DNA of 64,000 nt from Octopus vulgaris. Taxonomy: Eukaryota. The position numbers were made by a program, and so were the translations under genes. The stretch is from NCBI GenBank assembly GCA_951406725.2, contig OX597835.1:40548001-40612000 (forward strand), written 5' to 3'. The notes below the pieces were generated by a model. It ran no database searches. It saw nothing but the letters and a program-made list of their open reading frames with translations, and had not been told where the DNA came from. Shown in pieces: positions 1-12,508 of this stretch (the stretch's first letter is position 1; each line of letters begins with the position of its first letter).

Positions 1-69
1 TGTATAACTCATTTGTTTTCGTATTTCATGTTGTTTGCTGTTGGTGATGTCCTGTACCCATATATGAGC

Positions 70-100
<31 letters not shown>

Positions 101-250
101 CACACATATATTATTTATATTATTATAGATATGTATGTATATGTGTGTGTGTATATATGTATAGATATAAGTAAGCAATTAATGCAAAACAAGCTGGAAA
201 AAATAATACTTGAAAGTATTTTACTATTTTATTAAGGCTGAAAAACTCTC

Positions 251-299
251 CACAAACTGCTACTCAGAGTTTCACATGACCATTCATCAGGCAGTTGTG
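251..299 (-). ncRNA. Minimal type I hammerhead ribozyme (Penelope-like element type)
   Basis: Reverse complement cacaactgc-CTGATGA-atggtcatgt-GAAA-ctctgag-TA-gcagtttgtg: core boxes intact, stem I pairs, short stem III, GUA triplet; stem II is weak. Confidence 0.65.
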
Positions 300-415
300 A
301 TAATACTCTATCATCACAACAGTCCAATGAACAGTCATGTGAAACTATGAGTAGCAGTTTGCGAAGCTTTATTTCAGCTTTAATAAAGTAGTATATATAT
401 ACATACATACATAGA

Positions 416-466
<51 letters not shown>

Positions 467-483
467 GTGTATAAATATATATA

Positions 484-1555
484 TCATCATCATCACGATC
501 GTTTAACGTCCACTTTCCATGCTGACATAGGTTAGATGGTTTGACTGAGGACTAGTGAACCAGATGGCTGCATCAGGCTCCAATCTTCATCTGGCAGTGT
601 TTCTACAGCTGGATGCCCTTCCTAATGCCAACCACTCCGAGAGTGTAGTGGGTGCTTTTACGTGCCACCGGCACGAGGGCCATCAGGCGGTACTGGCAAC
701 AGCCACGCTCAAATGGCGTTTTTTACGTGCCACCTGCACAGAAGCCAGTCCAGCAGCACTGGCAATGACCTCGCTTGAATGTTGTTTTTCACAAGCCACC
801 TGCACAGGTGCTAGTAAGGCTACACTGGTAATGATTACATTTGAATGGTGCTTTTTACATGCCACTGGCACAGGAGCCAGTCAGCGGCCCTGGCAATGAT
901 CACACTCTGATGGTGCTCTTAACTTTCCAGTAGCACAGATGCCAGTCAGGCGGTGCTGTCATTGGCCACGTCAGCGAATTTGATTTTGATTTCACTTGCT
1001 TCAACAGGTCTTCGCAAGCAGAGTTTAGTGTCAAATGAAAGAAAGGTACACATAAGTGGGCTGGTTACACCCCTGGCATAGGCCACGGGCTATGGTCTCA
1101 CTTGGCTTGCTGGGTCTTCTCAGCATATTTCCAAAGTTCTCGCTCACTAGTCATTGCCTCAGTGAAGCCTAATGTTCGAAGGTCATGCTTCACTACCTCA
1201 TTCCAGGTCTTTGTGGGTCTACCTCTTCCACAGGTTCCCTCAACCGCTAGGATGTGACACTTTTTCACACAGCTATCCTCATCAATTCTCGCCACATGAC
1301 CATACTAGCGCAGTCGTCTCTCTTGCACACCAAATCTGATGCTTCTTAGGTCCAGCTTTTCTCCCAAGGCACTTACACTCTGTTGTGTATGAACACTGAC
1401 ATTACACATCCAACGGAACATACTGGCTCCATTCCTTGCAAGCTTACAGATGTCCTCAGCAGTCACGGCCCATGTTTCACTGCCATGTAGCATGGCTGTT
1501 TGTACACATGCATCATACAGTCTTTTACTATGAGCGAGAGACCCTTTGTCACCAG
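484..1555 (-). mobile_element. RTE-clade LINE, 3' fragment with (GAT)n tail
   Basis: Broken ORFs MLHGSETWAV...MFRWMC...RRLR and GHVAR...GRGRPTKTW, typical of the RTE RT C-terminus, followed by the window's abundant 3' tail repeat. Confidence 0.85.
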
Positions 1556-1631
1556 CAGAGGTAGAAGCAGAGCTGATTCAGCACCAGACAGCCTGGCCAA
1601 TCCAAGTGATATATATAGACATGCAAGCGTG

Positions 1632-1646
1632 CACACACACACACAT

Positions 1647-1727
<81 letters not shown>

Positions 1728-1763
1728 CACACACATACACACACACACACACACATGCACACA

Positions 1764-1846
<83 letters not shown>
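1632..1846. repeat. (CA)n microsatellite
   Basis: Seen directly. Confidence 0.98.
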
Positions 1847-1850
<4 letters not shown>

Positions 1851-2019
1851 AAAGAGAGACCATGTGTTTTGACACTGATTATGAATATCAACATTGAAGT
1901 TAAGGGAAAGGACCTCAGGGATGCCTTCTGCATGTTTAATACACATCAAGCAAAATTTTGCATATCTCGAAGAGTGAATTCACTGTTGTGTGGTGTGTCT
2001 TCTTTCTGTCTTAATTTAG

Positions 2020-2104
2020 ATGACAAAGCTGAAGTCATTCACAAGTTCCTGGCTGACCAATTCTCCAAAGACAATCTTCATTCTTATGAGTTGATAATTG
2101 AAAG
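2020..2104 (+). CDS. Cytochrome P450 (clan 26/CYP120-like), internal exon A; upstream exons lie outside the window
   Basis: ttaatttAG|ATGACAAAG...GAAAG|GTaaat; encodes (D)DKAEVIHKFLADQFSKDNLHSYELIIE(R); phase-compatible with the next exon. Confidence 0.75.
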
Positions 2105-2421
2105 GTAAATCAGATAAACTTGGCTTATGGTTAATGATTAACAGTTAATGATTAACAGTTAATGATTGTAGTGCTGTAGTGTGTGTTTGGAGGTGTGAAT
2201 GTATATGTGTGTATGACTGAGCATATGGATGTGAGTGCATATATATGTATGTGTGTATGCATGTTTGTGTTTGCAATAGTGCGTGGATGTGTATGCTCAT
2301 GTTAGTGTGTTAGTGTGTGCTTATATGATTGTGGGAATTAGAGTGTGTGTGTGTATGCCTAAATTTGAGTTTCTCTGTAACACATATTTCTGTATCCCTT
2401 TTTCTCAGTATCCTCCCAACC

Positions 2422-2444
2422 ATGTATGTATGTATGTATGTATG

Positions 2445-2478
<34 letters not shown>

Positions 2479-2680
2479 TGTATGTATGTATGTATGTATG
2501 TATGTATGTATGTATGTATGTATGTATGTGTGTATGTATGTATGCATGTATGTATGTATGTATGTGTGTGTGTATGTGTATATATGCATGTATGTGCGTA
2601 TGTATATATGTATGTATATGCATGTATGTATGTATGTATGTATGTTTGTATGTATGTATGTATGTATGCATGTATGTATG

Positions 2681-2714
<34 letters not shown>

Positions 2715-2786
2715 TGTATGTATGTATGTATGTGTGTGTATGTATGTATGTATGCATGCATGTATGTATGTATGTATGTATGTATG

Positions 2787-2852
<66 letters not shown>

Positions 2853-2958
2853 TGTATGTATGTATGTATGTATGTATGTATGTATGTATGTATGTATGTA
2901 TGTATGTATGTATGTATGTATGTATGTATGTGTGTATGTATGTATGTATGTATGTATG

Positions 2959-2992
<34 letters not shown>

Positions 2993-3246
2993 TGTATGTA
3001 TGTGTGTATGTATGTATGTATGTATGTATATATGTATGTATGTATGTATGTATGTGTGTATGTATGTATGTATGTGTGTATGTATGTATGTATGTATGTA
3101 TGTATGTATGTATGTATGTATGTATGTATGTATGTATGTATGTATGTATGTGTGTATGTATGTATGTATGTATGCATGTATGTATGTATATATGTATGTA
3201 TGTATATATGTATATATGTATATATGTGTGTATATATGTATGTATG

Positions 3247-3280
<34 letters not shown>

Positions 3281-3722
3281 TGCATGCATGCATGTATGTA
3301 TGTATGTATGTATGTATGTATGTACGTATGTATGCATGCATGTATGTATGTATATATGTATGTATGTATATATGTATGTATATATGCATGTATGTATGTA
3401 TATATGTATGTATGTATGTGTGTATGTATGTATGTGTGTATGTATGTATGTATATATGTATGTATGTATGTATATATGTATGTATGTATGTATGTATGTG
3501 TGTATGTATGTATGTATGTATGTATGTATGTATGTATGTATGTATGTATGTATGTATGTATGTATGTATGTATGTATGTATGTATGTATGTATGTATGTA
3601 TATATGTATGTATGTATGTATGTGTGTATGTATGTATGTATGTATGTATGTATGTATGTATGTATGCATGTATGTATGTATATATGTATGTATGTATGTA
3701 TGTATATATGTATGTATGTATG

Positions 3723-3756
<34 letters not shown>

Positions 3757-3930
3757 TGTATGTATGTATGTATGTATGTATGTATGTATGTATGTATGTA
3801 TGTATGTATGTATGTATTTATGTATGTATGTATGTATGTATGTATGTGTGTATGTATGTATGTATGTATGTATGTGTGTATGTATGTATGTATGTGTGTA
3901 TGTATGCATATATGTATGTATGTATGTATG

Positions 3931-3962
<32 letters not shown>

Positions 3963-4076
3963 TGTATGTATGTATGTATGTATATGTATGTATGTATGTA
4001 TGTGTGTATGTATGTATGTATGTGTGTATGTATTTATGTATGTGTGTATGTATGCATGCATGTATGTATGTATGTA
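2422..4076. repeat. ~1.65-kb (TATG)n microsatellite
   Basis: Seen directly; source of the spurious MYVC/HTYI ORFs. Confidence 0.98.
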
Positions 4077-4165
4077 CACGCACACACACGCACATAATTA
4101 TATATATATATACCCTTTACATACATATTTATATATACAACTATTTTTTCCCATGTCACCAACAG

Positions 4166-4201
4166 AATTATTAATGAGGAAATGAGAAGTCTTGACAAAA
4201 C
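4166..4201 (+). CDS. Cytochrome P450, 36-nt microexon B
   Basis: aacAG|AATTATT...AAAAC|GTaagt; encodes (R)IINEEMRSLDK(T); phase 2-2, in frame with both neighbours. Confidence 0.7.
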
Positions 4202-4336
4202 GTAAGTTGACTAAATTTCTAATCAATCTTATTATCTTAATCAACATTTAACATCAAGTTATGTTAATTACTAATGCTTAAAAAGGTTTGATGGGAAACA
4301 GCAGGTGTGTTTTTTTTTTATTTGTCATTTTTCTAT

Positions 4337-4596
4337 ACATACATATATTCATAAATACATGCATAAACACACACACACGTACATACATACATACATACAT
4401 ACATACATACATACACACAAACATACATACATACATACATACATACATACATACATACATACATACACACATACATACATACATACATACATACATACAT
4501 ACATACATACATACATACATACATACATACATACATACATACATACATACATACATACATACACATACACACATACATACATACATACATACATAC

Positions 4597-4627
<31 letters not shown>

Positions 4628-4873
4628 CATACATACATACATACATACATACATACATACATACATACATACATACATACATACATACATACATACATAC
4701 ATACATACATACATACACACATACATACATACATACATACATGCATATGCATACATACATACATACATACATACATACATACACACACACACATACATAC
4801 ATACATGCATACATACACACAAACATACCTACATACACATACATACACACACACACATACATACATACATACA
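4337..4873. repeat. (CATA)n microsatellite, reverse complement of the upstream array
   Basis: Seen directly. Confidence 0.98.
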
Positions 4874-5567
4874 TCATCGTCATCATCATTATCATCGTTT
4901 CACAACTGCTTTCCATGTTGGCATGAGTTGGACGGTTTGACAGAGAACTGGCAAGCAGGGAGGCTGATTTGGCAAGAGTGTAGAGGGTGTTTTTTATATG
5001 CCACCAGCATGGGTGCAAGTCACGTGGCACTGACATTGGCCACACTCGAATGGTGCTTTTTACCCGTCACTGTCACGGGTGCCAGTCAGGCAGCACCGGC
5101 ATTGGTCATGACTATGATTCCACTCTGTTCAACAGGTCTTCACAAGCATGGCATATCGACCAACGATTGAAGGGTGCTTTTAAACAGGCCAGTTATGCAA
5201 CACTGGCATCGTCTTTGACTAGAATTTCACTTGGCTTGCTGGGTCTTCTCAAGTACGACATATCTTCAAAGGTCTCGATCACTTGTCGTTGCCTTTGTGA
5301 AGCCCAATGTTTGAAGGGTGCACTTAATTTTGTTAGTAAATGTCTAAGTGACAATCTGGATAAGCCAGGGTTTTCCGGAAAAGAAATCAACTGGCACATT
5401 CCAAATGTAATCTGTAAGTGGAACAGCAAAATTATGTGAGTCTTTTCTCAAGTTTAAAATGTGACATTGTTTTTGTTATCTACGTTCCAATGATGGAGCT
5501 TTGTATCTTTGTTAGAAACCAGCTTCTTCCTCAAAAGAAGAATTTAAATACCGTAAAAACAGAGGAG

Positions 5568-5622
<55 letters not shown>

Positions 5623-6470
5623 GTATATAGCCATCTAAGAATTCACAAGTTAGAAAAAATATGCGGTTTTATATTTGTCAATAGAGTGATTATATTAATT
5701 AAAATGTACAATATATATCTAACAATAAAGAGTGGATGCCATATTTTCTTTCATAACTGCCATCTCTGAAGAGTGCAGAGTTACACAATCAGGCTGCTAT
5801 CTAACATCCTGTTGAATCCCTGGTACGAAATATATCTGGTAATGGATATATAATACTGTACACTTTGATTAATATATATCTATGATGGTCTTCTGCTTAG
5901 TTTCTGTCTCCCAATTTCACTTACCAGGCATTGGTTGGCTTTGGTCTATTGAGAAGAAAGTTACCCAAGGTGCTACAGAGTAAAACTTAACCTGATACCT
6001 TGTGGTTGCAAATTGTACACAACCCTGTATGTGCCTCTAAATCTTAGTTCTTTTTTTTTTTCCTTTATCATTCAGGTTACTCTATGAAATGTAATGCTTA
6101 TTTATTCACATTGTTTTAAATTAATCTTGGCTTATCTCACAGCTTTGAGATTTCAATGATGTGATTGTTTATTTTCAGAATGAAATTGTGGGATTGATGA
6201 GAAACTAAACCTAGTCAGTTTGAATGCAAAACTGGTAGAATATTTGGGTCAGATATGGCTAAAATAAAAATTCAAATGCAAATTGTAATTAAGACACCCG
6301 TACCGGTGACACATAAAAAGCACTGTCCGAACGTGGCAGATGCCGGCACTGCCTGACTGGCGTCCGTGTCGGTGACATGTAAAAGCACCAACCAATTGTG
6401 GCCGTTTGCCAGCCTGCTCGGCTCCTGTGCCAGTGGCACGTAAAAAACACCCACTACACTCATGGAGTTA

Positions 6471-6703
6471 AGGCGGCAAGCTGGCAGAAACGTTAGCACG
6501 CCAGGCGAAATGCTTAGCAGTATTTCGTCTGCCACTATGTTCTGAGTTCAAATTCCGCCGAAGTCGACTTTGCCTTTCATTCTTTTGGGGTCGATTAAAT
6601 AAGTACCAGTTCCGCACTGGGGTCAATATAATCGACTTAATCCGTTTGTCTGTCCTTGTTTGTCCTCTCTGTGTTTAGCCGCTTGTGGGTAGTAAAGAAA
6701 TAA
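6471..6703 (+). mobile_element. tRNA-derived SINE, family 1; further copies at ~17738-17955, 22877-22987, 27296-27531(-), 28044-28275, 43046-43176, 50793-50990, 54459-54689, 59806-60041(-)
   Basis: A-box-like GAGCTGGCAGAA, B-box GAGTTCAAATTCC and conserved GACTTTGCCTTTCATCCTTTCGGGGTCGATAAA body recur at many sites; this copy is nested in an RTE tail. Confidence 0.85.
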
Positions 6704-6948
6704 ATAGGTTGGCGTTAGGAAGGGCATCCAGCTGTAGAAACACTGCCAGATCAGACTGGAGCCTGGTGCAGCCACCATGGCTTCTCAGACCCCGGTCGAA
6801 CCACCCAACCCATGCTAGCATGGAAAACGGATTTTAAACAATGATGATGATGATGATGATGATGATGTCACTTGGATTTCGTTTTTCCTTGTTTCTTTAA
6901 ATTTCTTCGTCTTCCCTTTATCTTTCATTTTCTTTCATTTCATTCCAG

Positions 6949-7085
6949 TTCCCCAGTTGACATCTACTCATTCTTTAAAGAACTTTCTTCACTGATTTGC
7001 TTCACGCTGTTCCTTGGCATCGACGCCTCCCAGTCAAAGGAGCTCATTCAGGAACTGACGGATTTAACAACAATCCAATGGCATG
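6949..7085 (+). CDS. Cytochrome P450, exon C
   Basis: Pyrimidine tract then cattccAG|TTCC...CATG|GTaggt; SPVDIYSFFKELSSLICFTLFLGIDASQSKELIQELTDLTTIQWH(G), E/F-helix-like. Confidence 0.85.
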
Positions 7086-7298
7086 GTAGGTGGGAAATTT
7101 AGATATTTCATTTTTTTTTTTTTTTTTCATAGAAGACCACAGCAATAAAAATAAAACATTAAACATCAGTAATCTATAAAGATATTGAAATGTCATCTCA
7201 GAAATAAATAATTAGTCCTGATATTTCAGGTAAAATATCTCAGGTAAAATATCTCCTTATGAAATAGTTCATTTCTGTATTTTTGCTTTGCAAAATTC

Positions 7299-7704
7299 CG
7301 ATCTTTTCGGTTTGAACGGCAGTTTTTTAACATAATTTCCACGTAACTAAACACTTTTAAACTTCGTATACTGGTAGAATGTGTTTATAAAACATCTTTT
7401 TCTCTTGGTTTTATTGAAAAAATTCTATAGTTTGTAAGATATTTGTTGTTTTTTTTCTTCAATTTCTGCAATTTCAACCAATCAATGACGTCCATTAAGG
7501 TAAAATACATTCTGTGCCGTATGAATATGTCCCTCGTTTATGAAACAGATTGGGTTTATTTACATTTCTGAAGAAAAAAAGATACTCCTAACCCTAACCC
7601 TAAAACAGATTGAAATGCAATAGATTGATACTAGGGTCATAATTATGCGTGACAATTTCATATGACACCGCTAGAAAAAACTGCCGTTCAAACCGAAGAC
7701 ATCC
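7299..7704. mobile_element. Non-autonomous TIR DNA element (same family as 34037-34452)
   Basis: TIR GATCTTTTCGGTTTGAACGGCAGTTTTT; internal (CCCTAA)2-3. Confidence 0.8.
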
Positions 7705-7992
7705 AGGTGATTTTCATTAATGGCATGTCATCTCTGCTCCAGATATATATATATTAACCAGAAGAGAACAAAAGAGATAAATCATATGTCCATTAAGATG
7801 TTGTGTGGATTCATTGTGATTGGTTAGTTACACCTGGGCAATGTTCGACCTTCCCATGGTACCTATTTACAGGAATCATGAGAAGGTAACAGAAGGACTG
7901 GAATAATTGAGAGCTGACTGTGAATTGTCTGATGTTGGCAGTTGTAAAATTTAAAGAATTACCAAGAAAATGTTCTGGATTTTTCTCAATAG

Positions 7993-8069
7993 GAATCACA
8001 ACTTTTCCATTGAATCTCCATGTCAGAAGACACAGTTCTCTGAGATTTCGAAGAGCATCGGATGCCAAG
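7993..8069 (+). CDS. Cytochrome P450, exon D
   Basis: caatAG|GAATC...GCCAAG|GTaagg; (G)ITTFPLNLHVRRHSSLRFRRASDAK, resembling the F-G loop of CYP26/CYP120-type enzymes. Confidence 0.85.
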
Positions 8070-8266
8070 GTAAGGAATTTTATTTGTGTTTTTATCACCA
8101 CCACCACCACCACCACCACCACCACCATCATTCTTATTATTCTGCCAAGATTGACTTTGCCTTTCATCTTTTTTGGGGTTGATAAAATAAGCACCAATGC
8201 AGCTCTGGGGTCAATGCAATCAATTTGTCCCCACCTCCAAAATTGCTGGCCTAGTGCCTAAATTTG

Positions 8267-8319
<53 letters not shown>

Positions 8320-8323
8320 GTCT

Positions 8324-8358
<35 letters not shown>

Positions 8359-8379
8359 GTTATCATCATCATCATCATC

Positions 8380-9190
8380 CCCTTCTTTCAATTTTGTTTC
8401 CATTTCTAGCTGAGTGTCTTCCCAATACCTAGGGCAAAGAAACTCAATGTATAAATTGGTAGGCCATTAAAATAAACCCACCAGATTGTTCATTCGCAAA
8501 CTCATGTTATACAAAAAAAGGGAAAGAAAGGCAGAGAGAAAAGGAAAGAAGAAAAAAGAAAAAAAAATGAAGAAAAGAAAACAAAGAAAATAAAATGGAA
8601 AAAAGAAAGAAAATTCACCTTGACAATGCTCTTCTCAATATGTGTGGATAGTAAGTCGGGGATCATCCTCAAATTATTTACATAAGTTATCATTCTTACA
8701 GTAACAATGCTCTTCTCAGGACCTGTGAGCAACCAGTTAAAATAATCTTATGCCCTTCTTGCAGGAATAGTAAGCTAGGGATCATTCTCAAAAAATTTTC
8801 AGTTCCATTTTTGATCATTCCAAATGCTCCTACAATCACTGGTATTGTAACAGTCTTGAAACGCCACATCTTTTCAATTTCAATCAGCAAATCTTTATAT
8901 TCTCTGAGCTTATCAAATTCTCTTGCCAAGACATTATGATCACAAAGTATGCTCATGTCAATCAATAAACAGACTTTATTGTTTTGGTCTTTCACAACAA
9001 TATCTGGTTTATTAGCTGGAAAGTCCCAAAGAATCATTACATTTTCTCCCTCAGTTACAGTCTCAGGTGGTGCTTGTACCATTTTTGGCAGTTTTGATGC
9101 TGACATATTATCCAGTGTAGATATTGGCCAACTCTGTCATGTTTTGATTTATACTCTACAGGTGCTAAAATCTTACACCCAGAGATCAGA
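8380..9190 (-). mobile_element. R4/Dong-like non-LTR retrotransposon 3' remnant (restriction-like endonuclease domain)
   Basis: ILWDFP..ANKPDIVVKD...LLIDMSI...YKDLLIEIEKMW..KTVTIPVIVGA.G; flanked by (TAA)n tracts. Confidence 0.8.
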
Positions 9191-9221
9191 TGGTCCATTA
9201 TTATTATTATTATTATTATTA

Positions 9222-9288
<67 letters not shown>

Positions 9289-9453
9289 GTCCAGGTGTTT
9301 ATTACAATTCTTTGTTGTGTGGCAGGTGCAGGCATGTTTGTGTCATTAAAAAACTCGCTCTGCAACCTCAGAGCTGGAAGGTTTTTGCAACATAAAATCA
9401 ACCCCAGAAAAAGGATCGAATTGCTAATATTTAGAACACTGTCATAGGGTCCT

Positions 9454-9771
9454 CACCCTGACCACGGCTTTCAACCGATTCTGATGAAACTTGATACACA
9501 CATAGCCCAATGTCATAATTCAAAACTAACGCAGCGAAAATTTTGAAAAGTTCCCCCAGTTCTGAAAAAAAATTGATAATTTCGACACGGGGTCGAGAAT
9601 CAGAAACACAAACCACAGACTGTCTAGGGGACGAACTCGACCTTTTTAACTAAAAAAAAATTTACCATCATTTTTTTCCCATTTTTTTGCTATTTTTTGG
9701 CTATAACTCTCTAAAAATGCTTTATAGTTATTTCCCTTACAAACCCGAGCAACGCCGGGCGATACTGCTAG
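9454..9771 (+). mobile_element. 5'-truncated non-autonomous Helitron
   Basis: 3' hairpin CCCGAGCAACGCCGGG, then CTAG|T; same 3' end as the copies at 16332 and 41883. Confidence 0.75.
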
Positions 9772-9874
9772 TTGCTAATATTTAGAACACTGTCATAGGG
9801 TCCTGCAAGACAAACGCTTGCTTTAGCAGGGGAAAAGGGTCAAAAGAGACATTTGTTCCTGGATTTTAGTCAAG

Positions 9875-9924
9875 TGGTTGATCCTGCCAGTAGTCATATG
9901 TCTGTTTCAAAGCTTAAGTGATGC
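9875..9924 (+). pseudogene. 18S rRNA 5'-end fragment
   Basis: TGGTTGATCCTGCCAGTAGTCATATG, then a degenerate CTTGTCTCAAAGATTAAGCCATGC, matching the conserved eukaryotic SSU 5' end. Confidence 0.8.
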
Positions 9925-9966
9925 CAGCCAATCACTCAAGGACCCCCCCCCCCCCCACCTGGTCCT

Positions 9967-10760
9967 TGGGTGGCTGGCTTGTTGGCTGGCTGGTTGGTTG
10001 GTTAGGTGGTTGGCTGGCTGGCTGGTGGATTGGTTGGTTGTCTGGCTGGTTGTCTGGCTGGTTAGCTGAATTGGTTGGCTGGTTGGTTGGTTGGTTGGTT
10101 GGTTGGTTGGTTGCTTAGGCTGGTTGGCTGGTTGGCTGGTTGGTTGTCTGGCTAGCTTGCTGGTCGGTCGGTTGGTTGGTTGGTTGGTTGGTTGGTTGGT
10201 TGGTTGGTTGGCAGGTTGGCTGGCTAGCTGGCTGGTTGGTTGGTTGGCTGGTTGGTTGGTTGGCTGGCTGGTTGGCTGGTTGGCTGGTTGGTTGGTTGGT
10301 TGGTTGGTTGGTTGGTTGGCTGGTTGGTTGGTTGGTTGGTTGGCTGGTTGGTTGGTGTTGGTTGGTTGGTTGGTTGGCTGGCTGGTTGGCTGGTTGGCTG
10401 GTTGGTTGGTTGGCTGGCTGGTTGATTAGTTAGTTGGTTGGTTGGTTAGTTGGTTGGCTGGTTGGCTGGTTGGTTGGTTGGTTGGTTGGTTGATTAGTTG
10501 GTTGGCTGGTTGGCTGGTTGGTTGGCTGGTTGATTAGTTAGTTGGTTGGTTGGTTGGCTGGTTGGTTGGTTGGTTGGTTGGTTGGCTGGTTGGCTGGTTG
10601 GTTGGCTGGTTGGTTGGCTGGTTGGTTGGCTGGTTGATTAGTTAGTTGGTTGGCTGGTTGGTTGGTTGGTTGGTTGGTTGGTTGGCTGGTTGGTTGGTTG
10701 GTTGGTTGGTTGGTTGGTTGGTTGGCTGGTTGGCTGGTTGGTTGGTTGGTTGGTTGATTG
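9967..10760. repeat. (GGTT/GGCT)n tetranucleotide array
   Basis: Seen directly. Confidence 0.97.
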
Positions 10761-10945
10761 GTCCTTAGTTAGTTGCTTGGTTTCTTAGTTGGTGGCTGGT
10801 TAATTGTTTGATTGGTTAGTTGGCTGATAGACTGACCGGTCGATTAGATAACTGGATGGTTGGGTGGCCAGCTGCTTGTTTGGTTGGTTGACTGGCTAAT
10901 TAGTCGGCTAATGTCATTAATTGACTGATTCTGTTCCTCTCTCAG

Positions 10946-11143
10946 ACAGATTTATTGGGCATCATTAAAAAGCAAAGACCCATAGCTCAATGTGGCTTCG
11001 TAAAACAGGTGAATAATGTTCCAGAGACAAACGATGACTCCTACATCAACAGCAATATCCTTGTCTTTATTTCTTCGCTGGTGTCAAAAGCAATTGCATC
11101 ATACCTGACGTCATTCTTCATCACAACGGGACAAAATAATCAT
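10946..11143 (+). CDS. Cytochrome P450, exon E (G helix to I helix)
   Basis: ctctcAG|ACAGAT...AATCAT|GTgagt; TDLLGIIKKQR...NILVFISSLVSKAIASYLTSFFITTGQNNH. Confidence 0.85.
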
Positions 11144-11250
11144 GTGAGTCAGTGAACCTTTCTTAATTTCAAACAAGCATTCGTTTCCAAATACCACCAG
11201 TTTCCCTTAAACAATGTCATACACACACACACACACACACACATATACAC

Positions 11251-11298
<48 letters not shown>

Positions 11299-12508
11299 TC
11301 TTTATCTTTTATTAAACTTTTAATACTTTTGATATATAAAAAAAAAAAAATGAATAAATAAATAAATAAAAATAAATAAATAAATAAATTAATTAATTAA
11401 TAAATAAAATAATATATAAATATAAAAATATACATACATACATATATATATATATATATTTGTATATATATATAAAATTTATAAGTTTAAATTATTTAAA
11501 TAATTTTTTATTTTTAACTTTTATATTTTAAATTAATTTTATGTATTGGCTTATGTTTTTCACTGTTTGATTTGCCTAATAGTGGTTTTATCTCTAATTT
11601 AATATAATATATTTATACTATAAAATTGGATTTAATCCTAAATCTCATTTTTCCCTGTAAGTTTGGATTTATTCCCTAATATTTTATTATATATATATAT
11701 ATATAAATAAATGCACCCTTTTAAAGCCTAGCCAGGCTCATGGGCCCAGTTTCCCAGTTTCAATGGTGTATGTGTTCCTGAGTTGGACTGGACACCAGTC
11801 CATCGCAGCGTTACTCATTTTTGCCAGCTGAGTGGACTGGACCAACATGAAATGAAGTGCTTTGCTCAAGAACACAACGCATTGCCTGGTCCAAACTACA
11901 ATCTTACGATCATGATGCTGACACCCTAACCACTAAGCCATGCACTTCCACACAATACACACACACACATATATATATATTTGTCATCCGTGCTGGTGGC
12001 ATGTAAAATGCACCATTCGAACATGACCAATGCCACTGCTGCCTGAATGGCACCCATACCAGTGGCATGTAAAAAGCACCATTTAAGCATGGTTGATGCC
12101 AGTGCCACCTGACTGGCTCACATACTGGTAGGTAGGGCATCCAGCTGTAGAAACCTTACCATATCAGACTGCAGTCTGGTGCAGTGACCTGGCTTGCTTG
12201 CCAGTCCACATTCAAACTGTCCAACCCTTGCCATCATGGTAAGTGGATGTTAAATGATGGCAGGCTTCTTCCCAGTTTCCATCTACGAATTCTAGTCAGA
12301 AGGCTTTGGTCAACCTGGGACTATAGTTGACATATCCAAGGTGCCATGCAGAGGGACCCAACCCAAATGCATTACATAATGAGTTATTTTCCAATTAAAG
12401 AAATTAAGTTAGATGAGATGCAGTTTCATTTTTGTGACACAAAATATTTTAATCTTCATTGTTGCACTTATTCCTTTGAAAATAAAAATGTTGAGATTAT
12501 TTTTGCAG

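Noticed and set aside
1463-5045. Long ORFs up to 618 aa (MYVC, HTYI, CV and HT repeats)
   Set aside because: Translations of stop-free (CA)n, (TATG)n and (CATA)n microsatellites, open in several frames at once.
6471-6560. tRNA genes
   Set aside because: A/B boxes belong to multi-copy SINE heads and show no complete cloverleaf.
7587-7603. Telomeric CCCTAA units
   Set aside because: Only 2-3 units, internal to a TIR element; not a telomere.
9878-10433. Trp/Gly-rich WLVG ORFs
   Set aside because: Translation of the (GGTT)n array.
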